IMG/VR virus record: IMGVR_UViG_2778261637_000010
Coordinates: 1 to 19,692 of that record
Source of the DNA: a virus
Lineage: Duplodnaviria; Heunggongvirae; Uroviricota; Caudoviricetes
Direction: 5' to 3' (one strand)
DNA length: 19,692 nucleotides
Position numbers and translations under genes: made by a program
Shown: positions 1 through 11,277 of the stretch, one piece after another
Layout of the letters: each line of letters opens with the position of its first letter
Numbering within the stretch: the stretch's first letter is position 1
The notes under the pieces: model-generated
Databases searched by the model: none
The model's input: the letters and a program-made list of their open reading frames with translations, nothing else
Told to the model about the DNA's origin: nothing

Positions 1-243
1 ATGGCAGAGATTATTCCCATGACTGAAGAACAGAAATTCCAGTTAGAGATTTACAAACTGGTCATGAACCAGAACGCAGCCGCAGAAGAAGCATTTCAGT
101 TCATTGGTACTGACGAGTTGAAGCTTGAGCTATTCAAAATTCACTTCCAGTCAGGTGGCGCTAATTCAGATATCACGACCCGAACTATCGAAGCGGTGCG
201 TAAATCGAAGGAAGCGTTAGACCTGTTCACCACCGGAGCATGA
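1..243 (+). CDS. Hypothetical 80-aa protein upstream of small terminase (position of P22 'orf80' as I recall it); window starts at its ATG so an upstream extension cannot be excluded
   Basis: ORF of 80 codons, ATG at 1, TGA at 241-243; length and position match the small ORF preceding gene 3 in P22. No recognisable motif. Confidence 0.45.
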   Translation: MAEIIPMTEEQKFQLEIYKLVMNQNAAAEEAFQFIGTDELKLELFKIHFQSGGANSDITTRTIEAVRKSKEALDLFTTGA

Positions 244-278
244 TGCTCAACCTGAAATAACAACTAAGTGAGATGAAT

Positions 279-767
279 ATGGCAGCACCAAAGGGCAACC
301 GATTTTGGGAGGCCCGCAGTAGTCATGGGCGAAATCCTAAATTCGAATCGCCTGAGGCGCTGTGGGCTGCTTGTTGTGAATACTTCGAGTGGGTGGAAGC
401 TAACCCGCTATGGGAGATGAAGGCGTTCTCGTATCAGGGTGAAGTGATACAAGAGCCTATCGCCAAGATGCGAGCGATGACACTCGCCGGGCTGTGCTTA
501 TTTCTCGATATTTCTGATGAAACATGGCGAAGATTCCGCGCGGATGAAGGTTTTTGTGGAGTCACTACGCGAGCGGAGAAAGTCATCTACGACCAGAAAT
601 TCTCTGGCGCAGCCGCTGACCTTCTCAACGCTAACATCATCGCCCGTGATTTGGGCCTCAAAGAGCAGTCGCAAGTTGAAGACGTGACACCTGATAAGGG
701 AGATCGCGATAAGCGACGCTCTCGTATCAAGGAGCTATTCAACCGTGGAACTGGACGCGATTCTTGA
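279..767 (+). CDS. 3: Terminase small subunit (P22 gp3-like), 162 aa
   Basis: Track ORF 273..767; ATG at 279 has better spacing to the GTGAG Shine-Dalgarno-like motif and gives 162 aa, the P22 gp3 length as I recall. Lies immediately upstream of and overlaps the large terminase start; contains a pac-like sequence at the expected codon position. Confidence 0.85.
   Translation: MAAPKGNRFWEARSSHGRNPKFESPEALWAACCEYFEWVEANPLWEMKAFSYQGEVIQEPIAKMRAMTLAGLCLFLDISDETWRRFRADEGFCGVTTRAEKVIYDQKFSGAAADLLNANIIARDLGLKEQSQVEDVTPDKGDRDKRRSRIKELFNRGTGRDS
546..573 (+). other. Candidate pac (packaging initiation) site inside the small terminase gene
   Basis: GAAGGTTTTTGTGGAGTCACTACGCGAG resembles the P22 pac sequence as I recall it (GAAGATTTATCTGAAGTCGTTACGCGAG); begins at codon 90 of gene 3, as in P22. 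Confidence 0.45.
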
Positions 768-2247
768 TAACTTGAGCGACGAAGAGCAAATCGAATTGCT
801 CGAGCTACTCGAAGAAGAAGAGAACTACCGTAACACACACCTGCTATATGAATTTACGCCATACAGCAAACAGCGTGAGTTCATCGACGCCGGGCATGAC
901 TATCCAGAGCGCTGTTTTATGGCTGGTAACCAGCTTGGTAAGTCATTTACTGGTGCTGCTGAAGTCGCGTTTCACCTTACCGGGCGTTATCCGGGCACAA
1001 AAGGCTATCCTGCTGATGGTAAATATGGCGGTGAGTGGAAAGGTAAGCGTTTTTATGAGCCTGTTGTCTTTTGGATTGGTGGCGAGACAAACGAGACTGT
1101 AACCAAAACGACTCAACGCATCCTGTGTGGTCGCATCGAAGAGAATGGTGAGCCAGGCTACGGTTCCATACCGAAAGAAGACATCATTAGCTGGAAGAAG
1201 TCTCCTTTCTTTCCGAACCTTGTTGATCATCTTCTGGTTAAGCATCACACGGCTGATGGCGTTGAAGATGGCATTTCAATCTGCTACTTCAAACCATACT
1301 CGCAAGGCCGTGCTCGCTGGCAGGGTGACACAATCCACGGCGTGTGGTTTGACGAAGAGCCACCATACAGCATTTATGGCGAAGGTCTTACCCGTACCAA
1401 CAAATACGGGCAATTCTCAATCCTGACGTTTACCCCGCTGATGGGGATGTCTGACGTTGTTACCAAGTTCCTGAAGAATCCCAGCAAGTCGCAGAAAGTG
1501 GTCAACATGACCATCTACGACGCTGAGCACTACACAGACGAACAGAAAGAGCAAATCATCGCATCTTATCCTGAGCATGAGAGAGAGGCGCGTGCTCGCG
1601 GTATTCCTACGATGGGTAGTGGTCGAATCTTCCAGATACCGGAAGAGACTATTAAGTGTCAGCCGTTCGAGTGTCCTGATCACTTCTACGTGATTGGCGG
1701 GATGGATTTCGGATGGGATCACCCACAGGCTCAGGTTCAGCTTTGGTGGGATAAGGACGCAGACACAATCTACGTTTCACGCGTGTGGAAGGCGAAAGAA
1801 AAAACAGCTGTTCAGGCATGGGGGGCTGTTAAATCATGGGCGCATAAAGTGCCAACCGCATGGCCTCATGACGGAAACCAGCATGAGAAGGGCGGCGGTG
1901 AGCAGCTCAAAGGGCAGTATGCAGACGCTGGATTTATGATGTTACAGGAGCATGCGACATGGCCTGATGGCGGTAATGCTGTTGAGCCTGGCATCACTGA
2001 ATTGCGCGACATGATGCTCGATGGTCGCTTCAAAGTATTCAACACCTGTGAGCCATTCTTTGAGGAGTTCCGCCTCTATCACCGTGATGAAAACGGGAAA
2101 ATCGTCAAGCTTAACGACGACGTTCTCTCAGCCGTTCGCTATGCATACATGATGCGCCGCTTCGCCAAAATGATGCGCGACATCAAAAAACCAAAAGAGA
2201 AAAAGATACCAGCCCCAATCAGGCCCATCGCACGGTCAACAAGATAG
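745..2247 (+). CDS. 2: Terminase large subunit (P22 gp2-like), 500 aa, GTG start
   Basis: 500-aa ORF starting [25 protein letters not shown]; Walker A-like GNQLGKSF; GTG at 745 preceded by AAGGAG (729-734); overlaps end of gene 3. Matches P22 gp2 in length and sequence as recalled. Confidence 0.9.
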   Translation: MELDAILDNLSDEEQIELLELLEEEENYRNTHLLYEFTPYSKQREFIDAGHDYPERCFMAGNQLGKSFTGAAEVAFHLTGRYPGTKGYPADGKYGGEWKGKRFYEPVVFWIGGETNETVTKTTQRILCGRIEENGEPGYGSIPKEDIISWKKSPFFPNLVDHLLVKHHTADGVEDGISICYFKPYSQGRARWQGDTIHGVWFDEEPPYSIYGEGLTRTNKYGQFSILTFTPLMGMSDVVTKFLKNPSKSQKVVNMTIYDAEHYTDEQKEQIIASYPEHEREARARGIPTMGSGRIFQIPEETIKCQPFECPDHFYVIGGMDFGWDHPQAQVQLWWDKDADTIYVSRVWKAKEKTAVQAWGAVKSWAHKVPTAWPHDGNQHEKGGGEQLKGQYADAGFMMLQEHATWPDGGNAVEPGITELRDMMLDGRFKVFNTCEPFFEEFRLYHRDENGKIVKLNDDVLSAVRYAYMMRRFAKMMRDIKKPKEKKIPAPIRPIARSTR

Positions 2248-2256
2248 ATACTGTTG

Positions 2257-2757
2257 TTACGGCTTGAGAAATTCAGAGGCAGCGGAATTCAGAGCGTTAA
2301 TAAATGCTACCTTATGCTTGTATGCATCTAATGCTGTAGCGAATCCGCTTTTTGTGTATTTCTTGCCTTCTACCACAAATTGCCACATGTAGTTATTTGT
2401 GTCCTTGCGATAGGAAACTCCTTTGTATCCAGTTGAATTGTCGCAATCCATGCCACGGTTTAGTCCGTTCAACTGCTTATTGGCATCTCTAAGATTACAG
2501 ATGCGGTTATCAGCACGGTTTCCGTTTATGTGATCTACTGCTTCGGGCCAGTAACCATAGTAGTGCGCAAAACAAATTCTGTGCACGTAGTACAGTTTTT
2601 TACCAAGCCTTACATCAAGGTATCCGTTTCCATGCTGGCACCCAACGGGCTTGCCGTTAAGGTCTGTCCTCCTTGTGCGATTAGCCGCGTACAAAATTCC
2701 GGTTTCAGCATCGTATGTGAAATTTTTCCTTATATCTTCTATAGATGGATGGCTCAC
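2257..2757 (-). CDS. HNH homing endonuclease with C-terminal AP2-type DNA-binding domain, 166 aa
   Basis: HNH_3-type motifs (CQHGNGYLDVRL, YYVHRICFAHYYG, VDHINGNRADNRICNLR) followed by an AP2-like segment (GYKGVSYRKDTNNYMWQFVVEGKKYTKSGFATALDAYKHKVAF). GTG start at 2757 with AGGAG 8 nt upstream. Opposite strand to flanking terminase and portal genes, which are directly adjacent in P22. Confidence 0.7.
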   Translation of the reverse strand: MSHPSIEDIRKNFTYDAETGILYAANRTRRTDLNGKPVGCQHGNGYLDVRLGKKLYYVHRICFAHYYGYWPEAVDHINGNRADNRICNLRDANKQLNGLNRGMDCDNSTGYKGVSYRKDTNNYMWQFVVEGKKYTKSGFATALDAYKHKVAFINALNSAASEFLKP

Positions 2758-2807
2758 AATAGAATCTCCTGTTGAAGTTGTCCCATTGATTTTATCACGG
2801 TAAAGTT

Positions 2808-4976
2808 ATGACTGACAACGCAGAGCGATTAAATAAGATACTGCAAGCATTCGATGTTGATTGGATGTCTTCCGACGAGGCGAGAACAGAAGCTTCTAAC
2901 GATTTATACTTCAGTCGCATAAGCCAATGGGATGACTGGCTATCAAACTACACCACCCTGCAATATCGCGGACAATTCGATGTTGTCCGCCCGGTGGTCA
3001 GGAAGCTGGTCGCAGAGATGCGCCGGAACCCTATCGACGTTCTCTTCCGACCAAAAGACGGTGCTAATCCTGATGCAGCCGATGTATTGATGGGTATGTA
3101 TCGTACTGATATGCGCCATAACACGGCAAAGATTGCCGTTAACGTTGGAGTTCGTGAGCAGATAGAGTCCGGAGTTGGTGCATGGCGTCTGGTCACCCAG
3201 TACGAAGACAACGACCCAACAAGCAACAATCAGGTAATCCGACGCCTTCCAATCCATGAAGCCTGCTCACACGTCATATGGGACGCCAACAGCAAGCAGA
3301 TGGATAAGAGCGACGCTAAGCACTGCACGGTGATTAACGCCTTGTCGCGCAATGGCTGGAAAGAGTTCGCAGAGGATTACGGTATTGATCCTGACACCCT
3401 GCCATCTTTCCAGAATCCGAACGACACATGGCTGTTTCCGTGGGTATCGAATGATGTCGTCTACGTCGCTGAGTATTACGAGGTAGAAGAGAAGAAGGAG
3501 AAAGTCTTCATCTACCGCGACCCGTTGACAGGTGAGCCAGTCAGCTATTACCAGCAGGATATTAAAGACGTTATCGACGACCTGGCTAATCGTGGATTCA
3601 TTAAGGTAGCAGAGCGTAAGGTCAAGCGTCGGCGTGTGTATAAGTCGATCATCACCTGCACGCAGATACTGAAAGACCGCGAGAAGATAGCTGGAGAGCA
3701 TATCCCAATCGTTCCTGTGTACGGCGAATGGTCATTCGCTGGTGACAAGGAGTGCTACGAGGGCGTGGTAAGGCTGACGAAAGACGGTCAACGCCTTCGT
3801 AACATGATCATGTCGTTCAACGCCGATATTGTTGCTCGTTCACCGAAGAAGAAACCGACCTTCTTCCCTGAGCAAATCGAAGGCTACGAATACATGTACG
3901 GTGGAAATGATGACTATCCGTACTATCTGCAGAACAGGACCGATGAAAACGGTAACGACCTGCCGATTGGTCCAATCTCCTACATGGAAAACCCTGAAGT
4001 GCCGCAAGCCAACGCTTACATGCTTGAGGCTGCCACCAACGCAGTGAAAGAAGTGGCTAGTCTTGGCGTGGATGCGCAGGCGGCAAATGGTCAGGTCGCT
4101 TTCGATACCGTCAATCAACTGAACATGCGGGCAGACCTTGAGACATACGTGTTTCAGGATAACCTGGCTACCGCAATGCGACGTGATGGCGAGATTTATG
4201 CCTCAATGGTCAACGATATTTATGACGTTCCTCGTCATGTAACGCTGACACTTGAAGATGGAAGCGAGAAAGACGTTCAACTCTACGCGCAAGTTGTAGA
4301 TTACCAGTCCGGTAATGTGGTCACACTCAACGACATTCGCGGTCGCTATGAGTGCTATACAGACGTTGGGCCATCCTTCCAGAGCATGAAGGAACAGAAC
4401 CGCGCAGAGATTCAGGAATTGCTCACTAAGGTTCCGCAAGGTACTCCAGAGTTCCAGATGCTGATGCTGCAATACTTCACGCTGCTTGACGGTAAAGGCG
4501 TCGAGATGATGCGAGAGTACGCTAACAAGCAACTGGTGATGATGGGGCTGAAGAAACCAGAAACACCTGAAGAGATGGAGATGGTACAGCAGGCTCAACA
4601 GCAGCCGCAGCAGCCATCAGCAGAGCAAATTCAGGCGCAGGGTATCCTTCTGCAAGGTCAGGCTGAATTGCTCAAGGCAGAGAACCAACAGGCGCAGATT
4701 CAGGTTGAGGCCGCCAAGGTTGAAGCCCAAAACCAACTCAACGCCGCGAAGATTGCGGAAATCTTCAACAATATGGACCTCGACAAGCAGGCAGAACTGC
4801 GTGAGTACCTCAAGCTCGTAGGTCAATTCCAGCAACAGCGCAGCAAAGATGCTCGTGCTAACGCTGAGCTGCTTCTTAAAGATGCAGACCAGACTCATTC
4901 ACAACGCATGGATTTCGCGAATCTTATGCGTCAAGTTCAAATCCCCTCCGGCGGAGTAGCCGAGACACCTCAATAA
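2808..4976 (+). CDS. 1: Portal protein (P22 gp1-like), 722 aa
   Basis: 722-aa ORF; long stretches match P22 portal as recalled ([64 protein letters not shown]); Q-rich C-terminal barrel region. Confidence 0.9.
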   Translation: MTDNAERLNKILQAFDVDWMSSDEARTEASNDLYFSRISQWDDWLSNYTTLQYRGQFDVVRPVVRKLVAEMRRNPIDVLFRPKDGANPDAADVLMGMYRTDMRHNTAKIAVNVGVREQIESGVGAWRLVTQYEDNDPTSNNQVIRRLPIHEACSHVIWDANSKQMDKSDAKHCTVINALSRNGWKEFAEDYGIDPDTLPSFQNPNDTWLFPWVSNDVVYVAEYYEVEEKKEKVFIYRDPLTGEPVSYYQQDIKDVIDDLANRGFIKVAERKVKRRRVYKSIITCTQILKDREKIAGEHIPIVPVYGEWSFAGDKECYEGVVRLTKDGQRLRNMIMSFNADIVARSPKKKPTFFPEQIEGYEYMYGGNDDYPYYLQNRTDENGNDLPIGPISYMENPEVPQANAYMLEAATNAVKEVASLGVDAQAANGQVAFDTVNQLNMRADLETYVFQDNLATAMRRDGEIYASMVNDIYDVPRHVTLTLEDGSEKDVQLYAQVVDYQSGNVVTLNDIRGRYECYTDVGPSFQSMKEQNRAEIQELLTKVPQGTPEFQMLMLQYFTLLDGKGVEMMREYANKQLVMMGLKKPETPEEMEMVQQAQQQPQQPSAEQIQAQGILLQGQAELLKAENQQAQIQVEAAKVEAQNQLNAAKIAEIFNNMDLDKQAELREYLKLVGQFQQQRSKDARANAELLLKDADQTHSQRMDFANLMRQVQIPSGGVAETPQ

Positions 4977-4989
4977 GAGAGAGTTAACC

Positions 4990-5901
4990 ATGGACCAAAC
5001 CACCGACATTCAGGCTTCTGAAGAATTAACCCTGCCCGGAAATCATGCAGCGGCATCTGCTGATGGCTTAGTTGTCGATAATGCCAACGACATCGCAGGT
5101 CAGGAAGAAGGCTTCGAGATTGTCCTGAAAGACGATGAGAAACCAAAACAAGACCCGGCAACTAATGCTGAATTTGCCCGTCGCCGCATCGAACGCAAAC
5201 GCCAGCGTGAGCTTGAGCAGCAGATGGAAGCGGTTAAGCGTGGAGAGTTGCCGGAGCACCTGCGGGTGAACCCTGAGTTACCAAAACAACCAGACCCTAA
5301 CGATTATCTTTCCGAAGATGCGCTGGCTAAGTACGACTATGACCAGAGCCGCGCACTGGCTGCCTTCCAGCAGGCAAACAGTGAATGGCAGATCAAGGCT
5401 ATGGACGCACGAAGCCAGGCTGTCGCCGAGCAGGGTCGCAAAACTCAGGAGTTCACCCAGCAATCAGCGCAATACGTCGAGGCAGCCCGTAAGCACTACG
5501 ACGCAGCGGAAAAGCTCAATATCCCTGACTATCAGGAGAAAGAGGATGCATTCATGCAACTGGTGCCGCCAGCAGTCGGTGCCGACATCATGCGCCTCTT
5601 CCCGGAGAAATCCGCTGCTCTCATGTATCACCTTGGTGCTAATCCTGAGAAAACACGCCAGTTGCTGGCGATGGACGGGCAATCCGTGCTGATTGAACTC
5701 ACTCGACTGTCAGAACGTTTAACTCTCAAGCCTCGAGCCAAGCCTGTTTCAGAAGCCCCGTTACCTGATGAACCCATTCAGGGACACGCTGTTGCTGCAA
5801 ATATCTCTGCGATTGAAAAGCAGATGGAAGCGGCAGCAAACAAAGGGGATGTAGAGACGTACCGCAAGCTCAAGGCGCAACTGAATAAAGGAATTCGATA
5901 A
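4990..5901 (+). CDS. 8: Scaffolding protein (P22 gp8-like), 303 aa
   Basis: 303 aa, the P22 gp8 length; charged/helical composition; ATG at 4990 after AGAGAGAG; stop overlaps coat start (TAATG at 5899-5903). Confidence 0.85.
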   Translation: MDQTTDIQASEELTLPGNHAAASADGLVVDNANDIAGQEEGFEIVLKDDEKPKQDPATNAEFARRRIERKRQRELEQQMEAVKRGELPEHLRVNPELPKQPDPNDYLSEDALAKYDYDQSRALAAFQQANSEWQIKAMDARSQAVAEQGRKTQEFTQQSAQYVEAARKHYDAAEKLNIPDYQEKEDAFMQLVPPAVGADIMRLFPEKSAALMYHLGANPEKTRQLLAMDGQSVLIELTRLSERLTLKPRAKPVSEAPLPDEPIQGHAVAANISAIEKQMEAAANKGDVETYRKLKAQLNKGIR

Positions 5902-7196
5902 TGGCATTAAATGAAGGTCAACTGGTCACGTATGCTCTGGATGAAATCATCGAAACCGTCCAGAACCTGACGCCAATGGCGTCCAAAGTGACAAAATACA
6001 CCCCTCCGGCAGAATCCATGCAGCGTTCAAGCAACACCGTGTGGATGCCTGTTGAGCAGGAAGCGCCAACGCAGACTGGCTGGGATTTAACTGGCAACGC
6101 AACTGGGATTCTGGAGCTGTCCGTGAAATGCAACATGGGCGATCCGGATAACGATTTCTTCGAGCTTCGTGCAGATGACCTGCGTGATGAGCGTTCTTAC
6201 CGTCGCCGCATCCAGGCATCCGCCAAAAAACTGGCGAATAACATTGAGTCAGCAATTGCCAAACAGGCAACCGAAATGGGCTCACTTGTTGTTCACGATA
6301 CCCGCGCAATTGGTCCATCTACTGGCCTGTCTGGCTGGGATTTTGTGTCTGATGCAGAGCGCCTGATGTTCTCCCGTGAGCTAAACCGCGATATGGGCAT
6401 CAGTTACTTCCTGAACCCTGACGATTACCGCAAAGCAGGCCGCAACCTGGTAGATGGTGACATCTTCGGGCGCGTTCCTGAAGAAGCGTATCGCAACGGT
6501 ACTATTCAGCGTCAGATTGCTGGCTTTGATGAAATTCTTCGCTCACCGAAACTTCCGGCAGTTACCAAGTCAACCGCGACTGGTGTAACTGTTTCTGGTG
6601 CGCAGAAGTTTAAGCCGCAGGCATACACCCTTGATACCGATGGTAACAAAGAGAACGTCGACAACCGTGTTGCAACGGTGACCGTATCCTCCACCACCGG
6701 GTTTAAGCGCGGCGACAAAATCAGCTTCACTGGTGTGAAATTCCTGTCTCAGATGGCGAAGAACGTGCTGACTGATGATGCTACTTTCTCAATCACCCGT
6801 GTGATCGATGGTACTCACATCGAAATCACGCCGAAGCCGATTGCGCTTGATGACTCTTCACTGACAAAAGAAGAGAAGGCTTACGCTAACGTAAACACCT
6901 CTCTTGCTGATTCCACTCCGGTAAACGTTCTGAACGTGGAAACAACCACCGCTAACGTGTTTTGGGCTGATGACTCAATCCGTCTGCTGTCTCAGCCGAT
7001 CCCGGTAACCCATGAACTGTTTGCTGGCATGAAAACTTCTTCCTTCAGCATTCCTGGCATTGGTGTTAACGGCATCTTCGCAACGCAGGGTGATATCAAC
7101 ACTCTGTCTGGTAAGTGCCGTATTGCTGTGTGGTATTCAGCATGTGCTGTACGACCAGAGGCAATTGGTGTTGGTCTGCCTAACCAGACCGCGTGA
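5901..7196 (+). CDS. 5: Major coat protein (P22 gp5-like), 431 aa
   Basis: 431-aa ORF starting [20 protein letters not shown], ending GLPNQTA; length and sequence match P22 coat as recalled; followed by a strong intrinsic terminator. Confidence 0.9.
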   Translation: MALNEGQLVTYALDEIIETVQNLTPMASKVTKYTPPAESMQRSSNTVWMPVEQEAPTQTGWDLTGNATGILELSVKCNMGDPDNDFFELRADDLRDERSYRRRIQASAKKLANNIESAIAKQATEMGSLVVHDTRAIGPSTGLSGWDFVSDAERLMFSRELNRDMGISYFLNPDDYRKAGRNLVDGDIFGRVPEEAYRNGTIQRQIAGFDEILRSPKLPAVTKSTATGVTVSGAQKFKPQAYTLDTDGNKENVDNRVATVTVSSTTGFKRGDKISFTGVKFLSQMAKNVLTDDATFSITRVIDGTHIEITPKPIALDDSSLTKEEKAYANVNTSLADSTPVNVLNVETTTANVFWADDSIRLLSQPIPVTHELFAGMKTSSFSIPGIGVNGIFATQGDINTLSGKCRIAVWYSACAVRPEAIGVGLPNQTA

Positions 7197-7203
7197 TAAC
7201 CAT

Positions 7204-7228
7204 AGGGAGCTTCGGCTCCCTTTTTTAT
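7204..7228 (+). terminator. Rho-independent terminator/stabilising hairpin downstream of coat gene
   Basis: AGGGAGC-TTCG-GCTCCCT stem with TTCG tetraloop followed by TTTTTTAT, starting 8 nt after the coat stop. Confidence 0.6.
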
Positions 7229-7240
7229 CTGGAGACAAGC

Positions 7241-7520
<280 letters not shown>

Positions 7521-7543
<23 letters not shown>

Positions 7544-8021
7544 TTTAGTTCTTGCGGCATTACGTAAGCTCGGTGTGGCATCAAATGCCACGTTAACCGA
7601 TGTCGAACCGCAGTCTATGGAAGACGGCGTCAACGACCTTGAAATGATGATGGCGGAATGGCTTGGCGGTGATGCGTCACCAGGTATCAACGTTGGCTAC
7701 ATTTTCGCTGATGCAGATGTCGCTCCAGATCCGGGCGATGAGCACGGTTTATCAAATAACGCTATCAATGCCATCATTTTCAACCTTGCCTGCCGCATTG
7801 CACCGGATTATGCGCTGGAAGCACCTGCAAAACTTATAACCACTGCCAGATACGGGAAAGAGCGACTCGTCAAACTATCTGCAATGGACAGAGCAAAAGC
7901 CGCTAAATGTAAGTCCGGTTATCCAAACCGTATGCCTGTTGGTAGTGGTAACCAGTTGGTGAAGTTGAACGGTTGGAATTACTTCCACCGAAAGGAACCT
8001 TGCGATAACGGGAGCGAATAA
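7521..8021 (+). CDS. 4: Head completion / tail accessory protein (P22 gp4-like), 166 aa
   Basis: ATG at 7521 gives 166 aa (P22 gp4 length) starting [33 protein letters not shown]; the track ORF 7380..8021 is an upstream extension through the repeat. Stop overlaps gp10 start (TAATG). Confidence 0.8.
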
Positions 8022-9439
8022 TGCCGATTCAGCAACTTCCGCTTATGAAAGGTGTCGGCAAAGATTTCAGAAACGCCGACTATATCGACTATCTGCCAGT
8101 GAATATGTTGGCTACACCCAAAGAAATCCTGAACAGCAGCGGATATCTTCGCTCATTCCCGGGCATTGCCAAACGTTCTGATGTGAACGGTGTATCACGA
8201 GGCGTCGAGTACAACATGGCGCAGAATGCTGTTTATCGCGTGTGTGGTGGCAAACTGTACAAAGGAGAAAGTGAAGTCGGTGACGTCGCCGGAAGTGGTC
8301 GCGTATCAATGGCGCATGGTCGGACATCTCAGGCTGTAGGCGTTAATGGTCAACTGGTCGAGTATCGCTATGATGGCACGGTTAAAACCGTCTCAAACTG
8401 GCCTACAGACAGCGGATTCACACAGTACGAGTTAGGTTTAGTTCGCGACATTACGCGCTTACGTGGGCGCTATGCGTGGTCAAAAGACGGAACTGATTCA
8501 TGGTTTATCACTGACCTTGAAGACGAATCGCACCCTGACCGATACAGCGCACAATATCGCGCAGAGTCGCAGCCTGACGGCATCATCGGCATCGGAACAT
8601 GGCGAGACTTCATCGTCTGCTTTGGCTCATCGACGATTGAATATTTCTCCCTGACTGGTGCAACCACAGTTGGTGCTGCTTTGTATGTCGCACAGCCATC
8701 ACTGATGGTGCAAAAAGGCATCGCCGGGACTTACTGCAAAACGCCATTCGCTGATTCTTATGCGTTCATCAGCAATCCGGCAACGGGTGCGCCGTCTGTG
8801 TATATCATCGGCTCTGGTCAGGTGTCACCAATCGCCAGCGCGAGCATTGAGAAAATACTACGCTCCTACACGGCTGATGAACTGGCTGATGGCGTGATGG
8901 AATCGTTGCGCTTTGATGCTCATGAGCTGCTGATTATCCACCTGCCGAGCCACGTCCTAGTGTATGACGCATCTTCAAGTGCTAATGGTCCGCAATGGTG
9001 TGTACTGAAAACAGGCCTGTATGACGATGTGTACCGCGCTATCGACTTCATTTACGAAGGCAATCAGATAACGTGCGGCGATAAGCTGGAATCCGTGACC
9101 GGGAAATTGCAATTCGACATCAGCAGCCAGTATGGGCTACAGCAAGAACACCTGTTGTTTACACCACTCTTCAAAGCTGAGAACGCCAGATGTTTTGATC
9201 TGGAAGTTGAATCATCGACTGGTGTCGCTCAGTACGCTGACCGCCTGTTCCTCTCTGCAACCACTGACGGCATAAACTGGGGAAAAGAGCAGATGATTGA
9301 GCAGAATGAACCGTTCGTTTACGACAAGCGCGTTTTGTGGAAGCGTGTCGGGAGAATCAGGAAAAATGTCGGCTTCAAACTTCGCGTTATCACGAAGTCA
9401 CCTGTCACTCTGTCTGGCTGCAAGATAAGGATTGAGTAA
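8021..9439 (+). CDS. 10: Tail hub / head completion protein (P22 gp10-like), 472 aa
   Basis: 472 aa, the P22 gp10 length; position between gp4 and gp26; start overlaps gp4 stop and stop overlaps gp26 start. Confidence 0.85.
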   Translation: MPIQQLPLMKGVGKDFRNADYIDYLPVNMLATPKEILNSSGYLRSFPGIAKRSDVNGVSRGVEYNMAQNAVYRVCGGKLYKGESEVGDVAGSGRVSMAHGRTSQAVGVNGQLVEYRYDGTVKTVSNWPTDSGFTQYELGLVRDITRLRGRYAWSKDGTDSWFITDLEDESHPDRYSAQYRAESQPDGIIGIGTWRDFIVCFGSSTIEYFSLTGATTVGAALYVAQPSLMVQKGIAGTYCKTPFADSYAFISNPATGAPSVYIIGSGQVSPIASASIEKILRSYTADELADGVMESLRFDAHELLIIHLPSHVLVYDASSSANGPQWCVLKTGLYDDVYRAIDFIYEGNQITCGDKLESVTGKLQFDISSQYGLQQEHLLFTPLFKAENARCFDLEVESSTGVAQYADRLFLSATTDGINWGKEQMIEQNEPFVYDKRVLWKRVGRIRKNVGFKLRVITKSPVTLSGCKIRIE

Positions 9440-10140
9440 TGGCTGATTCGAATCTCAATGTGCCGGTAATCATTCAGGCTACGCGGCTCGATACATCAAT
9501 CCTTCCACGCAATATCTTCTCGCAGTCGTATCTGCTTTACGTTATCGCACAGGGCACTGATGTTGGTAACGTGGCTAACAAAGCCAACGATGCCGGACAG
9601 GGCGCTTATGATGCACAAGTCAGGAACGATGAGCAGGACGTCGAACTGGCAGATCACGATTCAAGAATCACCGCAAACACAAAAGCGATAAATCTCCTTG
9701 AGGTCAGGTTAACAACCGCCGAAGGGAAGATAGTCGTACTGCGTAGCGATGTTGATTACTTGCTGGATGAGGTTATCGATATTCAGGCGCATCTGGTCAC
9801 TGTTGACAAAAGACTGGATGGCGTAGAAAGCGATGTATCTGACATTAAGAGTGATTACGTATCGAAAACAGTAACCGAATCGCAGTCTCTTGCGTCACCG
9901 CTGGATGTAAAAACATCATATTCAGTTGATGGAATTCAGGTTGTTGGAGCAAGAAATACCGGATGGACTGCAGCCACAGGTACGCCACTTCTCGGCGCAT
10001 TCAACGCTAACCAGGCATACACGGTCAGTACCACGTATACGCAGTCTGAAGTTTCCGCTATGGCTACAGGTTTACAGCAGGCGCGGCAGCGCATCAAAGC
10101 ACTGGAAGACGCCTTACGAACACATGGATTAATCAACTAA
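9439..10140 (+). CDS. 26: Tail needle / plug protein (P22 gp26-like), 233 aa
   Basis: 233 aa, the P22 gp26 length; conserved N-terminus ([37 protein letters not shown]) and coiled-coil-like middle. Confidence 0.8.
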   Translation: MADSNLNVPVIIQATRLDTSILPRNIFSQSYLLYVIAQGTDVGNVANKANDAGQGAYDAQVRNDEQDVELADHDSRITANTKAINLLEVRLTTAEGKIVVLRSDVDYLLDEVIDIQAHLVTVDKRLDGVESDVSDIKSDYVSKTVTESQSLASPLDVKTSYSVDGIQVVGARNTGWTAATGTPLLGAFNANQAYTVSTTYTQSEVSAMATGLQQARQRIKALEDALRTHGLIN

Positions 10141-10616
10141 TGCACATAAAGCTCATCGATAATCCGGTGAAGCTTGCAGAATTCCTCAACAATCCGGCAA
10201 ACACGGGAAATATCGTAGACAGTGGAGATAAATACTACATCAAGCCTGATGCGGTATATCTCGGCATCTACGAAGGATTAGTGATGGCTGGCGTTCATGA
10301 AGTGCGTAACTTCTGGCATAGCGTTGTTGAATGCCATGCGGTGTACGACCCCGGATTCCGTGGTGAATATGCACTGCAAGGGCATCGATTATTCTGCAAA
10401 TGGCTTCTCGAAAACTCACCATTCCTTAACAGCATCACCATGGTTCCTGACACAACGAAATACGGACGGGCAATTATCCGTTTGCTTGGCGCTACCCGTG
10501 TTGGTCACCTTGATGATGCTTATACCAGCAATGGAAAGCCTGTAGGCATCACGATTTATCAGTTACCGCGCTCAAAATACGAGGAGCTAACGAATGTTAA
10601 TTTTCCAGATTGCTAA
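10140..10616 (+). CDS. 14: Head completion protein (P22 gp14-like), 158 aa
   Basis: Syntenic position between gp26 and the ejection proteins; start overlaps gp26 stop. Confidence 0.7.
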   Translation: MHIKLIDNPVKLAEFLNNPANTGNIVDSGDKYYIKPDAVYLGIYEGLVMAGVHEVRNFWHSVVECHAVYDPGFRGEYALQGHRLFCKWLLENSPFLNSITMVPDTTKYGRAIIRLLGATRVGHLDDAYTSNGKPVGITIYQLPRSKYEELTNVNFPDC

Positions 10617-11268
10617 TAAGCACCTCAGCAAAGCTGTTTACTGCAAAGGTGGCAGTGATGGAGGTTCAAAGGCACAGGCACGCGCAACTGAAAAGGGCAT
10701 CGAATTGCAGCGTGAAATGTGGCAGACGAACATGCAAAACCTTGCACCGTTCACTCCACTCGCTCAGCAGTATGTATCAGAGTTGCAGAATCTTTCCTCT
10801 CTTCAGGGGCAAGGTCAGGCGCTTAACCAGTATTACAACTCCCAGCAGTACAAAGACCTTGCTGGTCAGGCGCGTTACCAGAGTCTGGCAGCAGCAGAGG
10901 CAACGGGTGGATTAGGCTCTACAGCAACAGGAAACCAGTTAGCAGCAATCGCACCTACACTCGGTCAAAACTGGCTGTCAGGTCAGATGAACAACTACAA
11001 CAATCTGGCAAATATCGGCCTTGGCGCTCTTACAGGTCAGGCAAACGCCGGGCAGAACTATGCCAACAACGTCAGCCAATTGTATCAACAGCAGGCGGCA
11101 GCATCTGCGGCGAATGCTAACCGACCATCAGGATTGCAATCAGCTTTGGGCGGTGCCATGAGCGGTGCGGCATCAGGGGCGATGATTGGCTCTGTGGTTC
11201 CTGGAATAGGTACAGCTGTTGGCGCTATTGGTGGCGGTATTATCGGTGGTCTTGGATCATTGTTTTAA
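10594..11268 (+). CDS. 7: Ejection (E) protein gp7-like, 224 aa
   Basis: ATG at 10594 after GAGGAG; Gly/Ala/Gln-rich low-complexity protein ending in a glycine-zipper-like hydrophobic tail (GAMSGAASGAMIGSVVPGIGTAVGAIGGGIIGGLGSLF); synteny with P22 gene 7. Confidence 0.7.
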   Translation: MLIFQIANKHLSKAVYCKGGSDGGSKAQARATEKGIELQREMWQTNMQNLAPFTPLAQQYVSELQNLSSLQGQGQALNQYYNSQQYKDLAGQARYQSLAAAEATGGLGSTATGNQLAAIAPTLGQNWLSGQMNNYNNLANIGLGALTGQANAGQNYANNVSQLYQQQAAASAANANRPSGLQSALGGAMSGAASGAMIGSVVPGIGTAVGAIGGGIIGGLGSLF

Positions 11269-11277
11269 GGTGGGAAT

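Noticed and set aside
587-1939. Several 60-100 aa ORFs on both strands inside the terminase genes
   Set aside because: Fully embedded in or antisense to long, well-supported terminase ORFs; no independent start signals.
2530-2775. 81-aa plus-strand ORF opposite the HNH gene
   Set aside because: Antisense shadow of the HNH endonuclease ORF, which has recognisable catalytic motifs.
7193-7240. Upstream ATG (7193) for the EP-repeat ORF
   Set aside because: Would require translating through the post-coat terminator hairpin; ATG at 7241 has an RBS.
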